This document shows positions 38,553-49,500 of a stretch of 64,000 nt of DNA, piece after piece. A program made the position numbers and the translations under genes. Below the pieces are notes generated by a model that was not told the DNA's origin, did no database searches, and saw nothing but the letters and a program-made list of their open reading frames with translations. Position 1 is the stretch's first letter; each line of letters opens with the position of its first letter. The DNA is taken from positions 79,904 through 143,903 of the forward strand of contig CALMYB010000001.1 in NCBI GenBank assembly GCA_937873515.1, in the 5' to 3' direction. The DNA is from an uncultured Acidobacteriota bacterium. Lineage in GTDB: Bacteria > Acidobacteriota > Blastocatellia > Pyrinomonadales > Pyrinomonadaceae.

Positions 38553-39968
38553 CTAAACGTCGTAATACATTGAGAATTCGAGAGGATGCGGCCTCAGGCG
38601 GAGCGGCGTGATCTCGTTATCGCGCTTGTATCGTATCCAGCGTTCGATCAATCGTTCGGAGAAGACATCACCTTTGAGAAGAAACTCATGGTCGTCTTCA
38701 AGAGCCTTCAGAGCATCGTCAAGACTGCCGGGAAGTGACGGAACGTTCGCGAGTTCTTCGGGCGGAAGATCATAGATATCCTTGTCAAGCGGTTCGCCCG
38801 GATCGATACGATTCTGTATTCCGTCAAGCCCTGCCATCAAGAGTGCGGCGAACGTGAGATAGGGATTGCACGACGGATCCGGCGGGCGGAACTCGAGTCG
38901 TTTTGCCTTAGGCGAGGCCGAGAACATCGGAATACGGACCGCAGCACTACGGTTTCGAGCCGAATATGCTAGATTGACCGGTGCCTCGAAGCCGGGCACG
39001 AGACGCTTAAATGAATTCGTCGTCGGCGCCGCAAATCCGATCAATGCCGGAGCGTGCTTCAAAAGGCCGCCGATATAGAACTTTGCCATTTCGGACAAGC
39101 CGGCGTATCCATCGCCGGCAAAAAGCGGCGTACCGTCCTTCCAGAGCGATTGGTGCACGTGCATTCCCGATCCATTATCGCCATAGAGCGGCTTTGGCAT
39201 AAATGTCGCCGTTTTGCCGACCGCGTGCGCGGTATTCTTGACGACGTACTTGAACAGCATCAGATTGTCCGCAGTGCGCAGCATATTCGAGAACTTAAAA
39301 TCGATCTCGCACTGGCCTGCCGTTGCGACCTCGTGGTGATGGCATTCAACAAAAATGCCGACCTCGTTCAGGATCGATGCCATCGTATTGCGCAGATCGA
39401 CCAGCGTATCCATCGGCGCGACCGGAACATATCCTTCTTTGGGCCGAATATGAAAACCGCTATTGACCGGATCGCCCTTTCGGCCCGAGTTCCAATGCCC
39501 TTCCTCCGAATCGACCGTGTAACCGGCCGAATGTTGATCATTGTGGAAGCGCGCTTCGTCAAAGACAAAGAACTCGGCTTCGGGGCCGACAAATACCGTG
39601 TCCGCAATGCCAGTGAACTTTAAGTAGCTTTCCGCACGGGTCGCGACCGAACGCGGGTCAAGTCCGTAGCCTTCTTTCGTGATCGGATCGACCGCATTCG
39701 CGATCAGACAGAGCGTCGGTTCTTCCGTAAACGGGTCGATCCAAAATCGCGTCGGATCCGGGACAAGCAACATATCTGACTCATGGATCGCGGCCCATCC
39801 GCGCAAACTCGATGCGTCAAATCCGAATCCGTCTTCGAAGCTGTCTTCGCTAAGTTGTGTTATCGGAAATGTGAGGTGGTGCCAGGCACCGGGCAGATCG
39901 GTAAATCTTACCGAAACGAATTTCGCTCCTTGGTCTGCGGCATAGGTCAATACGTCTTTTAGTTTCAT
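38553..39968 (-). CDS. glnA: glutamine synthetase, type I
   Basis: 471 aa, [35 protein letters not shown] motifs. Confidence 0.95.
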   Translation of the reverse strand: MKLKDVLTYAADQGAKFVSVRFTDLPGAWHHLTFPITQLSEDSFEDGFGFDASSLRGWAAIHESDMLLVPDPTRFWIDPFTEEPTLCLIANAVDPITKEGYGLDPRSVATRAESYLKFTGIADTVFVGPEAEFFVFDEARFHNDQHSAGYTVDSEEGHWNSGRKGDPVNSGFHIRPKEGYVPVAPMDTLVDLRNTMASILNEVGIFVECHHHEVATAGQCEIDFKFSNMLRTADNLMLFKYVVKNTAHAVGKTATFMPKPLYGDNGSGMHVHQSLWKDGTPLFAGDGYAGLSEMAKFYIGGLLKHAPALIGFAAPTTNSFKRLVPGFEAPVNLAYSARNRSAAVRIPMFSASPKAKRLEFRPPDPSCNPYLTFAALLMAGLDGIQNRIDPGEPLDKDIYDLPPEELANVPSLPGSLDDALKALEDDHEFLLKGDVFSERLIERWIRYKRDNEITPLRLRPHPLEFSMYYDV

Positions 39969-39999
39969 TTTTCTCCTAATATCGGGCTGATCTTAATAG

Positions 40000-40016
40000 T
40001 GCGTTGTGTGCTCCAA
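40000..40016 (-). promoter_or_regulatory. candidate sigma-54 (-24/-12) promoter for glnA
   Basis: The minus strand reads TTGGAGCACACAACGCA, giving GG-N10-GC spacing (consensus TGGCAC-N5-TTGCA). It lies about 30-45 nt upstream of the glnA ATG. Confidence 0.35.
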
Positions 40017-40089
40017 GTCGCTAATCCTAGCAAACGGACAGGCGAGCGCGTTAGGGCCGGAATGAAGAGGTGAAAAATGGGCGCAAATC

Positions 40090-40107
40090 TCCTACATTTT
40101 TGTAGGA
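40090..40107. promoter_or_regulatory. perfect inverted repeat upstream of the candidate glnA promoter
   Basis: TCCTACA-TTTT-TGTAGGA. Could be an activator (bEBP) site for glnA or the rimO terminator stem. Confidence 0.3.
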
Positions 40108-40148
40108 ACACATGCTCGAAGACGTGGAACTCACCTAAAGAATGGAGC

Positions 40149-41501
40149 CTACGGCGTGATGGCTCCGATCAGGTCGTAGTCGTGCGCTTCCGTGATCTTT
40201 ACGTTGTAAACGCATCCGATCTTAGGCTCAAAGCCTTCCGGCATATCATTTAGGAGGATGTAGCCATCGATCTCCTGGGCCTGACCGGCAAGCCGTCCCT
40301 GGAAAAGCAGATCCGATTCCTGGGAAAGGCCTTCGAACATCACGGGGAAGGTCCTTCCGACCTTCGCCTTATTAAGAGCACGGCTGATCTTTGCCTGCTC
40401 CTTCATCAAGCGATCTCGTCGTTTTCTTGCCACTTTTGGATCTACCTTGTTCGGCAGGTCGAACGCGGCAGTTCCCTCTTCATCTGAGTACGTAAAGACG
40501 CCCAAATTATCGAACCGGCAGTTTCGGACAAAGGTCAGCAATTCTTCAAAGTCCTCGTCGGTTTCGCCGGGAAAACCGGTGATGAACGTCGTGCGGATCG
40601 CAATTCCCGGTACGGCGGTTCGGACACGCTCGATAAGCCTCTCAAGGCTCTCGCGGTTTCCTCCGCGTTTCATCAGCTTAAGCACGTTGCGCGAAGCGTG
40701 CTGCAACGGCATATCAAGATACTTGACCGCCTTTTCAGTCTCGGCGATCGCGGACAGGAATGCGTCCGAGATGTGTGTCGGGTAAGCATACATCGGACGG
40801 ATCCACTCGAGGCCTTCGACCGCGCCCAGAGCTCGGATCAAAGCCGCAAGGGCATCGACCTCTCCAAGGTCCTCGCCATATCTCGAGCTGTCCTGTGCGA
40901 CGAGAACGACCTCCTTTACACCATCTTTGGCAAGGTTTCGAGCCTCTTCGACGATCGAACCAAAGCGGCGTGAGCGAAAACTCCCGCGCATCGAAGGAAT
41001 CGAGCAAAAAGCACAGGGACGGTCGCATCCTTCTGCGATCTTTATGAACGCGGTGTGGCCATTGGTGGCACGTATCCTCGGACTAGATTCATCATAAAGA
41101 TAAGTAGAAGACTTGTTGCCGATCGGCCTGAGGATCAACTCTCTAGCGTCGAACTCATCGTCGGCCGCCTTTAGGATGTCGGCTACCTGCGAAGTGCCGA
41201 TGAACGCATCGACCTCGGGCAGTTCGACGATCAGGTCATCGCGGTAGCGTTCTACGAGACAACCGGCGACGACCACACGCGAAGCGTGCCCGTCCGCCTT
41301 AAGCTTCGTGGCTTCGAGTATCGCATCGATAGACTCCTGCTTGGCAGATTCGATAAAACCGCACGTATTCACGACGACAGTATCGGCCTGCCCCGCATCA
41401 TTCGTGATCTCGTAGCCCGCCTCTGCGAGCGTACCCATCATCACCTCGCTGTCAACGAGGTTCTTTGGGCACCCTAAACTAACAAAACCGACCTTCTTCA
41501 T
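40149..41501 (-). CDS. rimO: ribosomal protein S12 methylthiotransferase RimO
   Basis: ATG 41501 gives MKKVGFVSLGCPKNLVDSE. Radical-SAM CDRPCAFC, C-terminal TRAM-like domain. Confidence 0.9.
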   Translation of the reverse strand: MKKVGFVSLGCPKNLVDSEVMMGTLAEAGYEITNDAGQADTVVVNTCGFIESAKQESIDAILEATKLKADGHASRVVVAGCLVERYRDDLIVELPEVDAFIGTSQVADILKAADDEFDARELILRPIGNKSSTYLYDESSPRIRATNGHTAFIKIAEGCDRPCAFCSIPSMRGSFRSRRFGSIVEEARNLAKDGVKEVVLVAQDSSRYGEDLGEVDALAALIRALGAVEGLEWIRPMYAYPTHISDAFLSAIAETEKAVKYLDMPLQHASRNVLKLMKRGGNRESLERLIERVRTAVPGIAIRTTFITGFPGETDEDFEELLTFVRNCRFDNLGVFTYSDEEGTAAFDLPNKVDPKVARKRRDRLMKEQAKISRALNKAKVGRTFPVMFEGLSQESDLLFQGRLAGQAQEIDGYILLNDMPEGFEPKIGCVYNVKITEAHDYDLIGAITP

Positions 41502-41594
41502 CGCATTTCGCACAAACTTGATATTATAACGCACTCTCTGATCAAGAGCGACAACAGCCGCGATCCTCGGGCATTCATCGTCAGGCTAGGTTGA

Positions 41595-41618
41595 CATACC
41601 ACTCAAACGGGTGATACA
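41595..41618 (+). promoter_or_regulatory. site A of shared motif (CATACC-N4-AAACGGGTGAT-ACA), overlapping a sigma-70-like promoter
   Basis: TTGACA (41591..41596), an 18-nt spacer, then TACATT preceded by TG. The motif shares CATACC and an identical 11-mer AAACGGGTGAT with site B. It lies 18-40 nt upstream of the LuxR-type gene. Confidence 0.45.
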
Positions 41619-41635
41619 TTGCCTTTCAACTTGGC

Positions 41636-42793
41636 TTGATTACCCCCAAAATGCCCAAAAAGAAGGAAAAGCAGAGTATAAAGGTAGCCGGACGACGTTA
41701 TTCAGGTTCCGACGGCAAGGATCCTCTATCGACTGCCCTCGATGACACGGCAAGGTTATTTAATAATGGGTCGCTCTCGCTTGAGGCTCGCAAAGAAGAA
41801 GCGGCGTCCGGGGAAAGATCGCTCTCTCGGGAACTCGACGATGTTTTCATAAATAAGTACATCGAAACATTTGGTGACATAAAAGCTTCCCCCGAGACAA
41901 GCCGCGCAGCGGCTGACGACCAGGCTCTGGCAAAGACAGACAAGCTACGGGACCAGTCGTTTGAAAAAACTGAGATATATAAGGGCTTCTTTCGGGAATA
42001 CGATATTTTCAACTACGAATATCACGCTCTCGTCCGTCCGGACGGCGTTATGGCCGGGTTCAGCATTTCGCTGCCGGAGCGGAAAAAGGTCTATAGCAAG
42101 AAAGAGCGTGGATCACTGGATTCGCTGCTCCCGCAGCTCCATCAGTCGTTAAGCGACAGCCTTGTCGACATCACCAAAACGTCCGATCATGCCGTCCTGA
42201 TCGAAACCGTGAGCAAGATGACGAGGCCCGCCTTGATCGTTGATCAAAATGCGCGGGTGCGGACGGCCAACGCTCGTGCGGCTAGGATTTTGGAGGCCAA
42301 TGACGGACTCTCGGTCGATAAGAATGGCTCTTTGGCGGCGAGAACCCCGGAAGCGACCAGAGATCTTCATGCGATCCTCGAGACAGTTCATTCCGGACAC
42401 AGAGACGGAACCCAGGACGCAGCGGCCATATGTCTCCTGCGGAGGCCATCCGGCAATCGGCATCTCCAACTCTTGGCATCGCCAATTGGAGACAATTCGG
42501 GAATCGAAGGAGAATTCTTAGCTCTCGTTTTTTTGTGCGACCCCGAAAGATCAGTAAGGGTTAGCGAAGCGGTCCTTCGAAAGCTTTACGAGCTTACACC
42601 CGCCGAGGCTGCGGTCGCTTCCCGGCTTGCTAAGGGCGAATCGGTCGAACAGATCTGCGACCATCTCACGATCACTGCCAATACATGTCGCACCCATTTG
42701 AAGCGCATCTATTCCAAGACCTCAACTTCCAGACAAGGCGAACTCATTTCGCTCATCCTTACCAGCATCGCAACGATTCCCGAGCCATCCTAG
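41636..42793 (+). CDS. LuxR/NarL-family HTH transcriptional regulator without receiver domain
   Basis: C-terminal LTPAEAAVASRLAKGESVEQICDHLTITANTCRTHLKRIYSKTSTSRQGELISLI (GerE/LuxR HTH). The ~300-aa N-terminal region is unassigned. Start is TTG 41636 or ATG 41651. Confidence 0.75.
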   Translation: MITPKMPKKKEKQSIKVAGRRYSGSDGKDPLSTALDDTARLFNNGSLSLEARKEEAASGERSLSRELDDVFINKYIETFGDIKASPETSRAAADDQALAKTDKLRDQSFEKTEIYKGFFREYDIFNYEYHALVRPDGVMAGFSISLPERKKVYSKKERGSLDSLLPQLHQSLSDSLVDITKTSDHAVLIETVSKMTRPALIVDQNARVRTANARAARILEANDGLSVDKNGSLAARTPEATRDLHAILETVHSGHRDGTQDAAAICLLRRPSGNRHLQLLASPIGDNSGIEGEFLALVFLCDPERSVRVSEAVLRKLYELTPAEAAVASRLAKGESVEQICDHLTITANTCRTHLKRIYSKTSTSRQGELISLILTSIATIPEPS

Positions 42794-42819
42794 TGCCACT
42801 TTATTACTTATTTCCTCTG

Positions 42820-42842
42820 CATACCCTAAACGGGTGATGACA
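42820..42842 (+). promoter_or_regulatory. site B of shared motif CATACCCTAAACGGGTGATGACA
   Basis: 18/23 identical to site C with the same spacing and orientation. Lies about 385 nt upstream of ATG 43226. Confidence 0.45.
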
Positions 42843-43225
42843 AAGGCCCGCCGTTGTCGTAACCTCAACGAGATTTGAAGTCAATTTGCTCGTGTCGGAT
42901 TATTTTCGTGTACGAGACTGCAAGCGGGTTGTTGGTCGGCCTTTTTTAAGGTTTATCAATTGATTCGCCTTGACGTTTCATGATCAGGCCTCTCATTGTC
43001 CTCTTCATGAACATTCGCTGACCGGAGACGGGATTCCTTTACGCTCTTCCCTGTCCGCCATCAGCGCGAAACGCCGCGACTTCTTAAACGGATAAATTGT
43101 GATCACGACCAACTTCCCAAGGTCTATAGCACTGTCTACGCGGACGATCAACATCGCCCCGTTAGCTAGCTGCGCAATTTTTCGAGCCCTGTTCAGTTTG
43201 CCGAATATCTCAGGAGAAGAACCAA

Positions 43226-43453
43226 ATGTTTTTAAAGTATATCCCTGTCGAATTAACACGTGCTGCCCGAAACTTAACCGCTAAAGCTACAAGCCTAAGC
43301 CCGCGGCTCAAAGTTTCAGCAGCTTTCCTCACCTTGTGCTTGACCTTCGGCGCCGTTTGGATACAGCCGGCTCTTGCAAGCTCAGCCCCGGCCCCCACGC
43401 CGGCAACCGTCTCGCTCTCAAGCATCGCAGACTACTTTTGGTCTTTCTTCTAA
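43226..43453 (+). CDS. signal-peptide/N-terminal fragment of giant surface protein 1 (ends at in-frame TAA)
   Basis: 75 aa, homologous along its whole length to residues 1-75 of the protein starting at 52893 (MFLK..., WIQP.(L/F)A, Y(F/I)WSFF). Identical RBS context CTCAGGAGAA..CCAAATGTTT. Same reading frame as 43502..52363. Confidence 0.7.
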   Translation: MFLKYIPVELTRAARNLTAKATSLSPRLKVSAAFLTLCLTFGAVWIQPALASSAPAPTPATVSLSSIADYFWSFF

Positions 43454-43501
43454 AGCCCATCAAGCGGCGGTTCAGATAGACGTCCGCCAAAGGCCAACCC
43501 T

Positions 43502-46500
43502 TTGCTGTCAGAAGACACAGGGGCGAAGCAGCAGCCCATACCACCGACCGCTGCCGCTCTCCCATGCACGCCGACAGGGATAACACTCCCGGTACCTAGC
43601 ACATATCCAACTATCCAGGCCGCGATCAATGCCGCAAACCCGGCGGGTGGTGACAAGATCCAGGTGGCGGCAAATACCTACACTGAACAGCTGTCCATAA
43701 CCAAATGCGTCACAATCGAAGGCGCAGGCATCGGTTCAACGATCATCCAGGCTCCTGCGACGTTGGCTCCAAGCGGTGTTCTCGGCTTCACCGGAAATTC
43801 GATAGTCGAGGTGAGGAGTAACTCGTATGTAACTGTCACAGGTGTTACTATCACCGGTCCGCTACCGCTTTTAGCCTATCCTAACAAGACGTTTGGTATC
43901 TTTGTCGCCGAGAATGCCACCCTCGATATGTCAAATTCTCAGGTTACTGCAATTCACACTAGCAGTGGTGTGGACGGCGCCCAGAACGGAACCGGAATAG
44001 GGGTTGGCAGCACAGCGGCGAATACGATCGGCACTATCGTCTTGAACAATGTCACGGTCAATGACTACCAAAAGAACGGTATGCTTGTCGAACGCACTGG
44101 TTCGGTAGCCACAATTGCGAATTCGACCGTAACCGGCATTGGGCCGACGAGTATCATCGCACAGAACGGAATTCAGATAGCAGACGGCGCGACGGGCACG
44201 ATAACAGCTTCGACCATAACACAAAATCTTTACATCATTACGAATCCGCTAAACCCTTGGGCATCATCCGGCGTACTGCCTTGGAATGCCGGGGCAGTGA
44301 CGATCACCGGTTCAACCTTAAATAATAATGATGTCTCCGTTTACACAGGGACAAGCTCTGTTCCCGCTACGCCCGCACCGCTTACGATCACAGGTAATAC
44401 TTTTGACGCTAATACATACAACGCCGTATTTTACGACGCCGAGCACCCGGTAACGATCACCGATAATATTGTAACCAACACCAATTCAGCCTTTGGCGGC
44501 CTTGTTTTTGACGGGCAGACATCGACGATCTCGCGCAACTCATTCACTCTGGCCGCCGGAAGCGGCAGCGCAGGCCTTGGTTTCTACAACTACGACGACT
44601 TGTCGCCGACGACGACGGCAACGATCAACGCTCATTTCAACCGCCTATCGAGCGACAACGCAGGTGGACGCGACGGCATTTATAACGAAACTTCGAGCAA
44701 CGTTAACGCAGAAAATAACTGGTGGGGCTGTAACGCGGGACCCGGGAATACTGGCTGCGACGTCGTTAATGACACAAGCGCAGGCACAACAAACTACAGC
44801 CCTTGGCTGACGCTCACGGGTATAACTGCGTCAGCGCCTACGGTTCAATACAACGGAACATCAAATATCACAGGTGTCAGTCTCTGTATGAATTCGGTTT
44901 CGGCCGATGTTTGTACCCTCACCGACCACATCATCGACGGCCTTGCGTTCGGATATGGAACAGCACCTGGTACAGCGGGATCGGTATCTCCCACAACATC
45001 AACTTTTATGACCGGAGTTGCGAACGCCGGTACGACATTCACCGCGGGCGCCGGTCCATTCGTCGGCGACCAGACCGAAGCCGTCGGAGCGACCTTCGAC
45101 AACCAAACGATCTCGACGAACGTCGTCGTCCACGACAGCACCCCGCCTACGTTGGTCTCGTTTACTGCGGATACGGCTGATCCGCAGAATTCGCTGACGG
45201 TGACATTTACGGCAGTCTTCAGCGAACCGGTAATTAATTTTGACGGTGGTGATTTTGGCACTGCATCCGGAAGCGTTAATTCAGTTACGCAAATAGCTCC
45301 GATGGATGGCACGACCTGGAAGGTTACGGCTACTGCGAATCCGGGATCGACTTCAATGTCGGTCAATCTTCTTAGCGGCGGTATTCAAGACACGGCGGTG
45401 CCCGCAAACAATCTTGGAAGTGGCCAAAATGTTACAGTGACCTTTGCTTCTGCGTCAGGGGAATTCATCGTCGACGAAGCAGGCATTAACTGCCTCGGCA
45501 ACGGCAAACCGATCTTTACTGATATTCCAAGTGCAGCGAGTGCGGCGAGTACGGGATCAACGATACGCGTCTGCCCGGGTACGTATCCGCAAGGCAGTTC
45601 GACGGTATCAATCCCAAGCGGAAAGAACAATGTGACGATCATCAATGCTCAGGCGACAAAACCTGTGGTCAATGTTTCCGGAACGAGTTATGGATTTCAG
45701 ATCGGCGGAAGCGGGGCCACGATCGAAGGTTTCGAAATTCACAAAATCGACAACGTGGACAAGAACGTCATCACAATCCAAGGCACGAACTTCACCGGCC
45801 AGAATCTCGACTTCATTGCTGATACACCATGGTCAGGCGGGCAGGTTTCGCGTGCCTTTGAGGTCTCAAGCACCGGACTTAACATCAATAACAATACGAT
45901 CACCGATTTCCGGCAGCCGGCGTATATAAACGGCGACGGCTCAACAAACCTCGGTACGATCTCGAACAACGTTTCATCTGGTACCAAGGGCTGGGTATTC
46001 GATAATGCGATGGTCACGATGACCGGCAATACGTTTCCCGCGGGCTGCGCAGCATGCGGGTTCAGCGACATTGCGGTCTTCCCAGGTGCTTCGGCTACTG
46101 TCCAGGCATTCTGGGGCGGCACGAACGCTCTTGCTATCAGCAACACGAATGACAACGCGTATCTTGACCTGCAATGGACAGGTGCGGGCGATGACGGGCG
46201 TGCGATTAGCTATGTTGACGATATCGTAACCGCCGGCAACGGCAGGACGGTGGCGGCTGCGCGCAACTCGATCCAGGACGGCATCGACAACACTCTTATC
46301 GGCGGCACCGTTCACATCGAACCGGGCACATTCGTCCAGGAAGCCAACGTAAATCGAACCGTCAAGGTTGAAGGATCGGGAGCCGAAGGCGCAAATCAAT
46401 CGAAGGTGTCGGGACCTATCGGCGGCACGGATAGTGCGACGATTCGTATCACGGCGAACAATGTCGATATCAGCGGACTTCTTATCACCCGCGAAGGCAA

Positions 46501-49500
46501 CAACACGACTGATTGGAATAGCGGTCTGAAGTCCGCCGGGCTTGCGATCCAGGGTCAGGCAACCACAGGTGCGGTCATCCACGACAACAAGTTTGACGGT
46601 AACCGGAACGCTCTTGATATCAACAATTCGAACGGCCACACGATCCGCAATAACGTTATCGACAACAACCGAACCGGAATGATCTTTCGAAATCAGACCG
46701 ACAATTTGAAGGTTGTTGAAAACGCGATCACCAACAACTGGACAGTAGGCGTTCTCTTCCTTGATGCAAGCGGCGGGACGAATTCGCCCGTGCAGACAGC
46801 CGCAAACTCCATTTTTAGCAACAACAACATTAGCGGAAATTGGTACGGTCAGATCGTTGAACGCCAGGCAGGCGGTTCCCTTCCCGCGCCTGGCACGAAT
46901 TTGAAGAACTTCCAGGGCAACTGGTACGGCTCAGCTGCTCCGGTCGTCACGACCGCCAATAGTACGGAACCCGGATATTCGGCACTGATACCGGTCGCCT
47001 ACGGCGGAACCGCAACTGCTCCGGGCGGTCAGCCCGATATCGCAGGTCCGGCTTCCGCGAACTTCCGCTACGATCTGCCATTGACCGTTGGAACTGACAC
47101 TGACGTTGAAACAATCTCAGGCCGCGGAACTTACGGCTTCCAGGGCGCGAATCTCGTTGTCAACAGCGCCGTGACGATCAACGATCCAGATCCTCGTCCG
47201 GCCGGGTGGTTCTTCTGGAACGAAGGGCCGAACGGCTCGCATGGGTTAGAGACTGGGCCGAACGGCAGTCATCTCGGCGCCGGCAGTGCTCGTCTGAGTA
47301 TCGACGTAAACGGTCGCGAGAGTTTTGGAACGGCGGCCTACGGCGGTATTCGACTTCGCGACATCACCAAACTGAAGTTCAAGACGTGGACGACGGGCCC
47401 GGATGCTCCTGTTCTGCAGTTCGATGTGGATAACGATCTCTCTGAAAATACGACCATTCCCGACACGACATATCAAGGCCGTCTTGTATTTCAACCGGCA
47501 GGCACTGTAACGCCGAATACTTGGCAGCAATGGGACATATTTGCCCCCGGAACTCTGGTTTGGGGAAGTGGTTCGGGACCAAATCGACCGTTTTCAAATG
47601 CCTGTCCGCAATCAAACCCATGCACGCTCGCAGCGTTGCTCGCGAATAATACTTTCAAAGATCTGGGTGTAAGGCTTCCCGGCGGCGGCGGAACTCTGCT
47701 CTTCCGTGCAGGCGGTCCATCAAGCACGGATATAACCGAGTTTGTCGACGATTTTGAGGTCGGAATCCAAACCGGAAACACTACCTACGACTTTGAACCC
47801 GATCTCAACACCGCTCCTACCGTGACCTCGATCACACGCGGCGGTCCCGATCCGACAAATGCTGCGAACGTTACGTTCAACGTTGCGTTCAGCGAACCGG
47901 TAACGGGCGTTGATACTACTGACTTTGCTCTCGATACTGCAGGCGTTTCAGGTACGTCGATCTCGAACGTTACAGGGTCGAATGGAAACTACGTCGTTAC
48001 GGTCAATACAGGCTCAGGCAGCGGCACGATCCGCCTCGACGTGAATGCCGGAGCGTCAATCTTCGACATCGCGAACAACCAGTTTGGCAATGCTTACACC
48101 GGGCGTGAAATTTACACGATCGATAGGACGGGGCCGAACTCTACGGTCTCGCCTGTCGCGGATCCTGACACGACGTCGCCTGTTGACTTCACGGTCAGTT
48201 TTGGCGAGACCGTTACCGGATTCGATGCCGCGGATGTAACGATCGGCGGTTCAGCCAATCCAACGGGATTCACGATCGATGGCTCTTACACCGTTCACGT
48301 TACCGGTATGAATCAGTCCGGCACGGTGACCGTCAGCATCAACAACGCAGGCGTTACCGACTCACTCGGCAATGCGGGTACCGGAGCATCGTCTAGCTCT
48401 GCACAATTCAACCAGCAGACAACACCGAACGTCCAGACGCCTTTGGCACCGACCTGGGCGTACTATGACGACAATACGAACGCCGTAATCTCCGGCTATG
48501 ACTATGTTTATGGGCCGAACGGCGGGCCGCTGCCGGCGGGCAGTGCTCGCTTGCAGAGCGGAGCCGGCGATCTCAAAGGTCTGTTCACGCAAGACTATAA
48601 CAACACGAAGCTCGCTAACATTACGACGCTCAGCTACTCGACCTATGTCCACGGCTCGGCAACGAATGAGCCGACGCTTCAGTTCAACGTGGATTATGAC
48701 CTTACAGACGGCAACACGACCTACCAGGGCCGCGTGGTTTACGTCCCAAGTCAAAACGGCAGCGTCTCGGCTGACACCTGGCAGAATTGGAACGCTTTGA
48801 CAGGCGTATTCTGGTATTCGTCACTTTCGCCAGTAGCAATTGAGTGTACACAAACTGTGCCCTGCACGCTCAGCCAGATGCTCGCGGCTCATCCAAACAT
48901 GGGCATCCATGCTACGGCCGGAGCTATCGGTTTCCGATCCGAGCAGAACAGCAACTCCAACGTTGACAACTTCGTGATCGGCATCAACAGTGCGAACACT
49001 GTGGTCAACTTCGAGCCCGCGGGGGCGATGGTGAGCACGCCTTCGTCACCGAACGGCTGGTTCTATTGGGAGGATGACGATGACCATCTCGTAACGGGAT
49101 ACGATTATGTATTTGGGCCTTTGGGCGGACCGCTTCCGGTGGGAAGCGCCCGCGTCGCGAGCGGAACCACGCCCGGCGATCAGAAGAAGGGGCTCTTTAC
49201 ATTCCAGTATCGCGGTACGCCTCTTGATCAACTGACGACGCTCAAATATTCAACCTATGCCGCTACGGCAGGTGATGTTCCATATTTCCAGATAAGCGTT
49301 GACTTTACGGGTAACGCCAATCCGGGATACCAAGGCCGACTGGTCTATGTCCCGAGTGAGAACGGCACATTTACCGCGAACACTTGGCAGACCTGGGATA
49401 TGTTGGCTTCGACTGCGAAGTTCTACTATTCGTCCGGCACTTACTCGCCAAATGGCGACGGATGTCTAGCAAGTGAAGGCAACGGCGGCTGCACTCTGGC

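Noticed and set aside
43005-43259. 84-aa minus-strand ORF between the LuxR gene and giant gene 1
   Set aside because: It overlaps the conserved RBS and start of the giant gene in antisense, and no family was recognised. It cannot be excluded as a small gene, but support is insufficient.
45974-46639. 221-aa minus-strand ORF, plus other antisense ORFs inside the giant genes (e.g. 44845..45366, 49441..49869, 50615..51067)
   Set aside because: All are antisense to a continuous 8.9-kb frame with coherent domain content. None has recognisable motifs.
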